NCBI GenBank assembly: GCA_049964795.1
Contig: JBMFWY010000001.1
Coordinates: 26,751-50,750, forward strand
Length of the DNA stretch: 24,000 bases
Direction of reading: 5' to 3'
Source: Candidatus Micrarchaeia archaeon
GTDB lineage: Archaea > Micrarchaeota > Micrarchaeia > Micrarchaeales > Micrarchaeaceae
Shown: positions 14,039-21,199 of the stretch, piece after piece
How positions within the stretch are numbered: position 1 is the stretch's first letter
How the letters are laid out: every line of letters starts with the position of its first letter
Notes under the pieces: generated by a model
What the model was told of the DNA's origin: nothing
Seen by the model: the letters and a program-made list of their open reading frames with translations, nothing else
The model's database searches: none
Made by a program: the position numbers and the translations under genes

Positions 14039-14490
14039 CGAGCGAGACCTTCGCTAACAGTTGCCACCAGCTTAGAGATAAGTTGAGCACTCTGTTAGGA
14101 CCGCCTCCGTTTAAGGAGGAGGAAGGAGAGGGCTACGATTCGTCAGTATGCTCTGAATCTTCTGGGCTACACGCGGCATACATAGGTTGGTACAATTGGA
14201 TGCAATGCCGAGAGGCAAAGCCAATCCCCTAAAACCAACCGAGGTTCGGATTGAGGGCTGAAACTCGCCCTCATGAAGCTGGAATCCCTAGTAATCGCTT
14301 GTCACTATCGAGCGGTGAATATGTCCCCGCTCCTTGCACACACCGCCTGCCAGATCACCCAAATGAGGCTCTAACGAGGCAATAGCTTTGCTGTTTTCGA
14401 GTTAGAGTTTCGTAAGGAGGGTCAAGGCATAACAAGGCATCCGTAGGGGAACCTGCGGATAGATCACCTTTACAAAAAAATGTGTGCGTG

Positions 14491-14520
14491 GCTATTCTCT
14501 GCATTAATTCTCGGGACTGC
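14491..14520 (+). other. 3' strand of the pre-16S processing stem (BHB motif)
   Basis: Complement of 12411-12441 (see the 5' strand feature). TAA 14505-14507 forms the second 3-nt bulge, followed by a UU/UU mismatch. Confidence 0.65.
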
Positions 14521-14541
14521 TCCTCTTCTTCTTTCTTTTTT
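14521..14541 (+). terminator. Pyrimidine/oligo-T tract directly after the processing stem (candidate rRNA transcript terminator)
   Basis: TCCTCTTCTTCTTTCTTTTTT, with a T6 run at 14536-14541. The convergent gltX ends 38 nt further on. Confidence 0.45.
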
Positions 14542-14578
14542 AATATAAGCGCAAGAAAAACAGGATTAGCTGTGCATA

Positions 14579-16309
14579 TCATGCGCTTATGTATATGAAC
14601 TGCTTTACTTTGCCTTCATCCTTATCGAAAGTTGCGAATCCAAACCTCTCAAGCTGGACTACTTCGCCTTTTTTGAGGCTCTCAGCAAAAGACTCGATGT
14701 ATCCATTGCTTTCCTGCAAGCTGTCCTGCAGGAAATTCTCATTATCATCGACCAGATCCTTTGGAATAAGGATCTTGCAATCGAACTTGCTTTCTTCCGG
14801 TACCCATTGTATCTTTTTTATGCTTTTTGCCTCGCCAGCGCCCATCTTTACAACTTCGGCGTGCACTGCTTCTTTTGAGATTGACAGTACCCTCAAGTCT
14901 GCGAGCTCCTTGAGCCTTACATTAGTACCCATGTCAAGCTCATTTGCGTCCGAACCGCTTATATAAAATGTATTTCCTACTGCATAGCTCCTTGAGCCGA
15001 GATCGTTCGATGGATGAAGCTTCAACGAAACCCCTTTGGGCAGTGCTTCCACATTTTCAACGATCACCTTTACAGGATCTGCGACATAGAAAAGCCTTTT
15101 CGCTGAAGGATCGACTAGTTTCTTATTTTCGGCATAGAGCAGCGAAAGATCTACAACGCTGTTGGTCATGCTCATCCCAAAGCGCATCACAAATTTCTTT
15201 ATTGCTTCTGGCTTTATGCCGCGCCTGCGAAGCGCAGATATAGTTATGAGGCGCGGGTCGTCATAGCCGCTTATCAAACCCTTATTTATAAGATCATTGA
15301 GCTTGCGTTTTGAGGTGAGGGAGCCTTTTACTTCTAGCCTAGCTTCATGATGCACTCTTGGAATTCTCAAATTGAGTGCTTTGAGTATCTCTACGTATAT
15401 CTCCCCCCTCAGCTCATACTCCTTGCTGCGCATCGCGTCTGTAACGCCGTGCAGGGAGTCCATTACAGGAGTATTGAAATCGTAAGTAGGCCATACAATA
15501 TACTTATCCCCTTGTCTGTAGTGCATATGCTTCTTTATACGCATAATTGTAGGATCGCGCATTACCGTATTGTTTGATGACATGTCGCCTCTGAAGCGCA
15601 GTATTGCCTGACCCTCATCGTAATCGCCCTCAAGCATCTCTTGGAACATCATCATATTTTCAGATTCGGGGTTCTTTGAATGGGGGCATGAAAGCCCTTT
15701 CATTCTGTAGCTCTTTATAGTTTCGGGAGGGCATGTGCAAACATAGGCTTTGCCCATCTTTATCAGCTGCCGCGCATATTCGTAAAGCTTCTCTATGCTG
15801 TCGCTTGCATAGTATTCCTTGTCAAACTTTATACCCAGCCAGTCAAGGTCTCTTTTAATTGCGTCAACAAATTCCTGCGATTCCTTTTCGGGGTTGGTGT
15901 CATCAAAATACAGGAAAAGCTTGCCTTCGTAGATCCTGGCAAATTCCTGCTCCATGAAAACAACTTTTGCATGACCTATGTGCATGTATCCGCTCGGTTC
16001 AGGGGCGAATCTTGTGGAGAAGTTGCCTTTCACGGCGCCTTTCAGCTCCATCCTTGGAGCAGAGGTGTTTTTTACTTTTTCTGAATACTCTTGTTCAAAT
16101 TCCTCCTTGTATTTGCTGTATTCCTCCTCCTGAGAGGCCTTGCTCATAGCATTGACTTCTTCTACAACCTTTTGGATCTCAAGCTGAAGGCTTTTTATGT
16201 CGGCAGATTTTCCTACTTTTGAAAGCACTTTGCTGAATACGCTGCCGGGATTGGCTTTGCCTCCGTATTCCACTGCATTTTTTATTGCATACTTTCTAGC
16301 AAGCTTCAT
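14579..16309 (-). CDS. gltX: Glutamyl-tRNA synthetase, archaeal type
   Basis: HIGH motif (PEPSGYMHIGHAK), KMSKS-like LTSKRKL and the typical archaeal N-terminal AIKNAVEYGGKANPGSV segment. 576 aa. An A5 run on the + strand (14556-14560) gives a T5 terminator for the minus strand. Confidence 0.9.
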   Translation of the reverse strand: MKLARKYAIKNAVEYGGKANPGSVFSKVLSKVGKSADIKSLQLEIQKVVEEVNAMSKASQEEEYSKYKEEFEQEYSEKVKNTSAPRMELKGAVKGNFSTRFAPEPSGYMHIGHAKVVFMEQEFARIYEGKLFLYFDDTNPEKESQEFVDAIKRDLDWLGIKFDKEYYASDSIEKLYEYARQLIKMGKAYVCTCPPETIKSYRMKGLSCPHSKNPESENMMMFQEMLEGDYDEGQAILRFRGDMSSNNTVMRDPTIMRIKKHMHYRQGDKYIVWPTYDFNTPVMDSLHGVTDAMRSKEYELRGEIYVEILKALNLRIPRVHHEARLEVKGSLTSKRKLNDLINKGLISGYDDPRLITISALRRRGIKPEAIKKFVMRFGMSMTNSVVDLSLLYAENKKLVDPSAKRLFYVADPVKVIVENVEALPKGVSLKLHPSNDLGSRSYAVGNTFYISGSDANELDMGTNVRLKELADLRVLSISKEAVHAEVVKMGAGEAKSIKKIQWVPEESKFDCKILIPKDLVDDNENFLQDSLQESNGYIESFAESLKKGEVVQLERFGFATFDKDEGKVKQFIYISA

Positions 16310-16364
16310 TATTTCATCGTCCAGACAATCACCATGGCAAAATTGCTGCGCTCAAACAGGCGGT

Positions 16365-16985
16365 TCATGCAGGCGTCACCGTAGGCTGGCCATATATCAT
16401 ATATGTGTATCCAAGCGAACTCGAATTTTTCGGATATACAAGTGCATTGACTTTCACGGGAAGTGTGCCTCCCACATCTATGAGGTTTTTAACGGGTAAG
16501 TAATAGGATAGGTTGCCTGAAACTACGGAATACTGGTATGCACCATAACTCAAGTACATGTCTTTCGGCAAAGCAATTATCGCTGTCGCATTTATTGAAG
16601 GTTTAAAGCCTAACAGCGACGATATTGAATTGTACAATTCGAATATGCTTGAGGTTCCTGAATAGATAGAAAGGCTTTTGTTAAAGGCAAAATAGCTTTC
16701 TACCGAGCCGTTTGACTCCATCGCTGAAAGGCTTAGATTCAGCTGTGACAATTTTGTGGCGTTTGCACCTGCTACGCCTATGACAAAATGATTGCTATAA
16801 TTTAATACGGTAGCATTCACCACCCCTGAGACAAAAGTGGTTCTTCCGTCGAATATGGTAGTAGAAGCTGTAGACCCCTGCTGTGTAGAGTTGTTGCCAA
16901 ATGCCAGATATGAGGTTAGAAACATGAAGGCCACTAGCAAGGAGCCTATAAATAATACTGCTTTTTTTCTTTTTTCTGAGTCCAT
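16365..16985 (-). CDS. Hypothetical membrane-anchored/secreted protein, extremely rich in N-glycosylation sequons
   Basis: The start was re-set to 16985 (MDSEKRKKAVLFIGSLLVAFMFL...) because AGGTG lies 6 nt upstream and TATAAATAAAATA about 55 nt upstream. It has one N-terminal hydrophobic helix. There are 11 N-x-S/T sequons in 206 aa. I recognise no family. Confidence 0.5.
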   Translation of the reverse strand: MDSEKRKKAVLFIGSLLVAFMFLTSYLAFGNNSTQQGSTASTTIFDGRTTFVSGVVNATVLNYSNHFVIGVAGANATKLSQLNLSLSAMESNGSVESYFAFNKSLSIYSGTSSIFELYNSISSLLGFKPSINATAIIALPKDMYLSYGAYQYSVVSGNLSYYLPVKNLIDVGGTLPVKVNALVYPKNSSSLGYTYMIYGQPTVTPA

Positions 16986-17291
16986 TAAGTGCACCTGCCA
17001 GATACATACGTTTTTGCATAGGAATTTATTATGGAAAGTTATTTTATTTATACAGCTGCATCGCAAGGAAGGGGCAAGGCTTTCCCGAATTGGCTGCCGC
17101 AAACTTCTCTTCCAAAGTATTGCTTTATCCCTATACCATAACTGATTCCAACATAACCATTTATTATTTTATTGCTGCTACAATTATAAGCTTGTTTTGG
17201 GCTTTTGCTTTCAGGCCTGGGCAAATATTATTTGCAATGTAGATAGCAAGCGGAGGCACAGATAGGCAATATAATACGCTAAAGTGGTAAT

Positions 17292-17999
17292 ATGGTTTTC
17301 AAAGACGGAGACTTTCTAGAAATAGAGTACAGCGCATGGAGGGCATTGGACAGCAAGCTCCTTTATACTACAGTAAAGGAGAAAGCGCAGGAAGCAGGAA
17401 TTTATGACGAGCATGAGAGTTATGGCAGCGCACTTGTAATACTCGGGCAAAATGCTGTAGTGAAAGGGCTTGAGAGAGAGCTCAAGAACATGTCGGTTGG
17501 CGAATCAAAAAAATTCGAGCTTAAGCCTGAGGAAGCTTTCGGCAACAGGGATGAAAACCTTGTGAGAGTAATGCCTTTGGCAGAATTTAAGGAGCAGAAT
17601 ATAAACCCCGTAGCGGGAATGACAATAAACATCGATGGTGTACCATCTACAGTAAAAAGCGTCAACTCGGGCAGAGTTGTGGTTGACCAAAACCACCCTG
17701 AAGCTGGGATGAACATAATATACGAAGTAAAAGTGCTTAAGCTGCTGGAAAACGACAAGGAGAAGATAGACATGCTGGGGAAGACATATGGCGCTAGACC
17801 TTCCAAGGTAGACATAAAAGAAGGCGAAGTTGAACTTTATTATGATGACAAAGTCAAGAAGAATGCTGACTACTTTGTTGGCAGGGCTAATCTTGTTGCG
17901 TCCATATTCAATTACATTTCTTCAGCAGGCAAAGTCTATATACGAGAAGAGTATGTAAAGCCCAAGGCGGCAGAAATCGAACACGACGAGGAGAAATAG
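17292..17999 (+). CDS. FKBP-type peptidyl-prolyl cis-trans isomerase (long archaeal type with IF insert and C-terminal domain)
   Basis: GDFLEIEYSAW...VILGQNAVVKGLERELKNMSVGESKKFELKPEEAFGNRDENLV...GRVVVDQNHPEAGMNIIYEVKVLKL is a typical SlyD/archaeal FKBP sequence. Confidence 0.85.
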   Translation: MVFKDGDFLEIEYSAWRALDSKLLYTTVKEKAQEAGIYDEHESYGSALVILGQNAVVKGLERELKNMSVGESKKFELKPEEAFGNRDENLVRVMPLAEFKEQNINPVAGMTINIDGVPSTVKSVNSGRVVVDQNHPEAGMNIIYEVKVLKLLENDKEKIDMLGKTYGARPSKVDIKEGEVELYYDDKVKKNADYFVGRANLVASIFNYISSAGKVYIREEYVKPKAAEIEHDEEK

Positions 18000-18081
18000 A
18001 AATAATAAAGCAAGTAAAGCAAACCGCGGCCAAAGGCTATGAGTGAGGCATGCCAAAACCTGCATTCCTCAACTTTACTTT

Positions 18082-18125
18082 TTCTTTTGGTTTGGCACTT
18101 GCCTTTTTTTCCAATTTTTCTTTTT
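18082..18125 (+). terminator. T-rich tracts between the convergent FKBP and spt4 genes
   Basis: CTTTACTTTTTCTTTTGG and GCCTTTTTTTCCAATTTTTCTTTTT. The second tract partly overlaps the spt4 stop codon region. Confidence 0.3.
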
Positions 18126-18318
18126 ACTTTATGTTTAACGCAAAAGTGCCGTTGAGTTTTATTCCTAGCTTCTTTGCGATGTCCGACTTTTCAACGTTTG
18201 ACATAAAAACGTAGCCGCTCCACTTTGTTGTAAGGTCGGTAGAGCCGCATATTGGACAGCTGTTGCTCTTGCTTATTATAATTCTGCAGTTCCTGCATAC
18301 TTTTTCTTCCATTTTCAA
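18124..18318 (-). CDS. spt4: Transcription elongation factor Spt4 (RpoE'')
   Basis: 64 aa. Zinc ribbon CRNC...CPICGS followed by WSGYVFMSNVEKSDIAKKLGIKLNGTFAL, the canonical Spt4 pattern. It lies downstream of rpo7. Confidence 0.85.
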   Translation of the reverse strand: MKMEEKVCRNCRIIISKSNSCPICGSTDLTTKWSGYVFMSNVEKSDIAKKLGIKLNGTFALNIK

Positions 18319-18373
18319 TGCACCTTTTAATCAATTGCACGAAAGAGTAAAGGCAAAGGCAGATATGCCAACA

Positions 18374-18970
18374 TTATTTTTGCTGCTTGGACCTGCCGCT
18401 GCCTCCGCGTGGCGTTGTTTTCTTACTTGCTTGCGCGGCTGCGGAAGCCCATTCCGGTTTGCCCAACCCTTCAGGCCTCATCGTAAGCGCAATCTTTGAA
18501 TCTTTTATGGTGTTCTTCAGGCTTACTGTGGAAATTTTGGCATATACAAAATCGCCTTTCTTCAATGAGATCCCGCTTTTTCTCGAAACAAAGGCAGGCA
18601 CTTTCCTGTCGAAACTGAGGAACTCGTTTGCTATCTGTGAAACGTGGACCAACCCATCTATAGGCCCTATTTTTACAAAGGCGCCAAATTCGGCAAGCTC
18701 TGAAACTTCGCCTGCAACTATTTCATCAGGGTATGGCATATAAGCCAAAACATCAAATTCGACTTCATGATGCGTAGCGGGATCGTTAGGATAGAGGATG
18801 CCGTCGCTTATGTTCCTTACATTAAACACTGAGAGTATTATACCCATGTCTTTGTCTATCGTGCTTTCATACCTCTTGGACAGCTCTTTCAGCGCTACCT
18901 CCTCCAGATTTTCGCCGAAACTTTCTGGTGGTACTTTGAATATGTCACTTATACTATAAATTTTGTACAT
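18374..18970 (-). CDS. rpoE: DNA-directed RNA polymerase subunit E' (Rpo7), S1 domain
   Basis: MYKIYSISDIFKVPPESFG...GEVSELAEFGAFVKIGPIDGLVHVSQI is typical Rpo7. The ORF track begins 9 nt earlier (18979). It has a basic C-terminal extension of about 25 aa. Confidence 0.85.
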   Translation of the reverse strand: MYKIYSISDIFKVPPESFGENLEEVALKELSKRYESTIDKDMGIILSVFNVRNISDGILYPNDPATHHEVEFDVLAYMPYPDEIVAGEVSELAEFGAFVKIGPIDGLVHVSQIANEFLSFDRKVPAFVSRKSGISLKKGDFVYAKISTVSLKNTIKDSKIALTMRPEGLGKPEWASAAAQASKKTTPRGGSGRSKQQK

Positions 18971-18982
18971 TCTTGACACCTT

Positions 18983-19360
18983 TCATGCATTTCTTAAAAT
19001 TCCGCTTTTGCTTAGCTTAAAGACATTTGCGCCTAAAGATTTAAGCTTTTTTGCAAGTGCGCTGTCATTTGTGACTATTTTGGCGCCTTTTGACTTGCTT
19101 GCAATTCCAAGCAGCCAATCGTCACCGCTTGAATCATTGCTATCTATTTCTAGCCCCAGCGCGCCAATCTCGCGAAGGGAAGACTTCGCACATGCGCCTT
19201 TCTTTCCTTTATTATGAGATATCTTATTCAGTTCCTTTAATATACCTTTCGAAACCTTGGGAATGCACGACGGAAGCTGCGAGGCTATGGCTCCGAAGAC
19301 GCTCGACTTATTTTCGAAGCCAAATATTATGGAGCTTGTGTCTATAAACACGTTACACAT
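18983..19360 (-). CDS. PIN-domain protein (Fcf1/COG1412-like small ribonuclease)
   Basis: N-terminal VFIDTSSII, central acidic SGDDWLL and C-terminal IVTNDSALAKKLKSLGANV are PIN-like. A PIN gene upstream of rpo7-spt4 is a recurrent archaeal arrangement. Confidence 0.6.
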   Translation of the reverse strand: MCNVFIDTSSIIFGFENKSSVFGAIASQLPSCIPKVSKGILKELNKISHNKGKKGACAKSSLREIGALGLEIDSNDSSGDDWLLGIASKSKGAKIVTNDSALAKKLKSLGANVFKLSKSGILRNA

Positions 19361-19392
19361 CTCATCGCCTGCAAGTGCGCTTTCAAGGAATC

Positions 19393-19400
19393 AAATATAG
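19393..19400 (-). promoter_or_regulatory. Candidate TATA box for the PIN-rpo7-spt4 operon
   Basis: The minus strand reads CTATATTT about 33-40 nt upstream of the ATG at 19360. Confidence 0.3.
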
Positions 19401-19485
19401 AATGCAAAATGCAGCACTTTTGGCTTTGGAGTAAGGCAAAATTTAGGCGCTGCAAGCTGAAAGGCTCAAGCGGCTGCCTTAAGGC

Positions 19486-19872
19486 TTATGCCCCTTTTTG
19501 GCCTTTTGCTTCTTCTGATTTAAGTCTGTGCTCAAGCACCTCCTTTAGCACTATGGCATCGTTATGCTTTTCGTCTCTAGCAGCGTATATAAGAGTCACC
19601 AAGCCGCTGCTTTTTGCAAGATCTACAAGCTTTCCCAATGCCCTGCTGTCCTTTAGCTCTGCCTTATATCTTCTTTTGAATTCGCTCCATTTGGATGGTT
19701 CGTGAGAAAACCATTTTCGCAACTCGGTGCTGGGCGCCACATCTTTAAACCAGAGGTCTATGTTTGCAGAAGTGTGCCTTATTCCTCTCGGCCAAAGCCT
19801 GTCGACAAGTATGCGCATTCCATCAGTAACATCATATTTTTCATAGACGCGCTTGATTTTTATTATTACCAT
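19486..19872 (-). CDS. DUF488 (YeaO-like) family protein
   Basis: IKIKRVYEKYDVTDGMRILVDRLWPRGIRHTSANIDLWFKDVAPSTELRKWFSHEPSKWSEFKRRYKAEL...VTLIYAARDEKHNDAIVLKEVL is a close match to the DUF488 consensus. The start was re-set to the internal Met (the track starts at 19923). Confidence 0.75.
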   Translation of the reverse strand: MVIIKIKRVYEKYDVTDGMRILVDRLWPRGIRHTSANIDLWFKDVAPSTELRKWFSHEPSKWSEFKRRYKAELKDSRALGKLVDLAKSSGLVTLIYAARDEKHNDAIVLKEVLEHRLKSEEAKGQKGA

Positions 19873-19952
19873 CGACCCACAGCGGCCACCAATGGCGCTG
19901 ATAGGAATTTGTTTAAAAACCATTAAATAATTTGCCGATATGGCAAAAAGGG

Positions 19953-20894
19953 TCAGCTTTCGTATGCAGCAGGATTTGCGTCGCCTCCCCCAGAAGATAG
20001 GAACTCAGAAACGAGAGTTTTGGCACGCTCTGGATCTGCTATCTTGCCGTTTAGAGAATGCTCTTTCGCACCACCATTGAAGATGCCTTCCTTTGAAAGT
20101 ATAGCACCAAGCTCCTTCATATTTAGGCTGCTTGAACTGCCGCCCAAGCACATTACCTGGCTGTCTCCTATTATGCATATGTTTTCTTTAGTATTTCTTG
20201 ATAGGTATTTGCGCACGCTTTCATAAATGTCTGAAATATCGAAGTTCTTGAGATAAAATACCCGCGTTCCGATCTCCAGCTCATGAAAAAGCAGCGTTTC
20301 GATCTCGCTCTTCAGCTTTTCGTTGTTTTCTGAAAGAGCGCTATACCTTTCTTCTATGGATGTTGAATCGAAGTTGTGCCTTACACTTAAACGAAGCGCA
20401 GAAGCGGCGATTTTAGACATGTAATCCAATGCGTCATTGCCTGCAAAAAACCCTATCTTTGTCTTTCCCTCTGGGTGCGATACAGATGCAAGCGAGAAGG
20501 CAATTATCTGCGAAGTGTTGCTGGCGTGCGGATGCTTGCACATGGCAAAATCATAGTCTCCTATCTGCACAAGCCTCAATTTCTCCTTTCCTTTAAGGCG
20601 CTCTTCGTTAAGCCTGAGGGAAGGAAATCTGAGCTTTGCCTCTTCTATGCTTTCGAAAAATTGCTCGCTTACTGTAAGAGCCTGCCTTATGACCTTGTTG
20701 GCTTCCTCCTCGGCTTTTTGCAATATTTCTATTCCTATGTTTTCAGCGAATATTGCAGAGCCCAGCGCACCGCTTTCGGTGTCTACTTTTACAACATGCA
20801 AATCTATCCCCAAGTTTTGGAGAGCTCTTGCAAATATGTGCTCTGCGGTATGCAATTCCTTCTCTGACATAGACTCAGCCATCACAATAAACAT
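19953..20894 (-). CDS. alaX: AlaX-like tRNA editing protein (tRNA_SAD domain with HxxxH / CxxxH zinc site plus a DHHA1-like C-terminal domain)
   Basis: HTAEH and CKHPH motifs at the expected spacing. A C-terminal ...LGGSSSS...NGGAKEHSLNGKI resembles the AlaRS/AlaX-L C-terminal domain. The start may be 20882 or 20870 rather than 20894. Confidence 0.6.
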   Translation of the reverse strand: MFIVMAESMSEKELHTAEHIFARALQNLGIDLHVVKVDTESGALGSAIFAENIGIEILQKAEEEANKVIRQALTVSEQFFESIEEAKLRFPSLRLNEERLKGKEKLRLVQIGDYDFAMCKHPHASNTSQIIAFSLASVSHPEGKTKIGFFAGNDALDYMSKIAASALRLSVRHNFDSTSIEERYSALSENNEKLKSEIETLLFHELEIGTRVFYLKNFDISDIYESVRKYLSRNTKENICIIGDSQVMCLGGSSSSLNMKELGAILSKEGIFNGGAKEHSLNGKIADPERAKTLVSEFLSSGGGDANPAAYES

Positions 20895-20929
20895 AAGGCA
20901 TAATAAATTGTGGTAGAAAAAAATAAATT

Positions 20930-21199
20930 ATGGATTACAAGGAATTTGAGAGGCTGCTCAAAGTTTGCAGGATACGCCTCAGCGATAAAGACAAAGAAGG
21001 CATGAAAAAGGAGGTAGATGAAGTACTAAATTACTTTGACAAGATAGAAAGCGTAAAATGCGAAGAAGAGCCCGCCTATCAGCCAATAGACTTGCCGGAG
21101 CAGCTCCGCGATGACATACCGGAGCCTTTCGATGACACTGATGCTATACTTGCAAACACGAAAACATACAGATTCTATGTAATAGGTCCTAAGATATGA
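20930..21199 (+). CDS. gatC: Asp/Glu-tRNA amidotransferase subunit C
   Basis: 89 aa. LLKVCRIRLSDKDKEGMKKEVDEVLNYFDKIESV...LRDD pattern. Its stop overlaps the gatA start (ATGA). Confidence 0.8.
   Translation: MDYKEFERLLKVCRIRLSDKDKEGMKKEVDEVLNYFDKIESVKCEEEPAYQPIDLPEQLRDDIPEPFDDTDAILANTKTYRFYVIGPKI

Larger units (their letters stand above)
12465..14471 (+). rRNA. rrs: 16S (SSU) rRNA gene, archaeal type, interrupted by a 523-nt intron (exons 12465-13515 and 14039-14471, about 1484 nt spliced)
   Basis: 5' end ATTCCAGTCGATGCTGCTGGAGG (archaeal ATTCCGGTTGATCCTGCCGGAGG). Also the 530 loop GTGGCAGCCGCCACGGTAATAC, GATCAGATACCCGAGTAGCC, GAAACTTAAAACAATTGGCGGGGGAGCAC, TTGCACACACCGCC, and the 3' end CCGTAGGGGAACCTGCGGATAGATCACCTTT. 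End coordinates are accurate to a few nt. Confidence 0.95.

Noticed and set aside
12336-14582. ORFs at 12336..12518(-), 12673..13017(-), 12800..13162(-), 13114..13452(-), 13930..14232(+) and 14355..14582(-).
   Set aside because: All overlap the 16S rRNA gene, its leader or its trailer. Their compositions are Arg/Cys/Pro-rich, as is typical of spurious frames across GC-richer rRNA.
16986-17102. The N-terminal 39 codons of track ORF 16365..17102 (MRQPIRESLAPSLRCSCINK...).
   Set aside because: The segment is Cys/Arg-rich with no hydrophobic signal. The internal ATG at 16985 has a matching AGGTG SD and is followed at once by a signal-anchor, so the extension is probably untranslated.
16986-17291. 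The 306-nt spacer between the divergent 16985 gene and the FKBP gene, the longest non-rRNA intergenic region, inspected for tRNA, C/D-box or other ncRNA.
   Set aside because: I found no cloverleaf-compatible arms and no RUGAUGA/CUGA box pairs on either strand. It looks like two divergent AT-rich promoter regions. A covariance-model scan would be needed to exclude an ncRNA.
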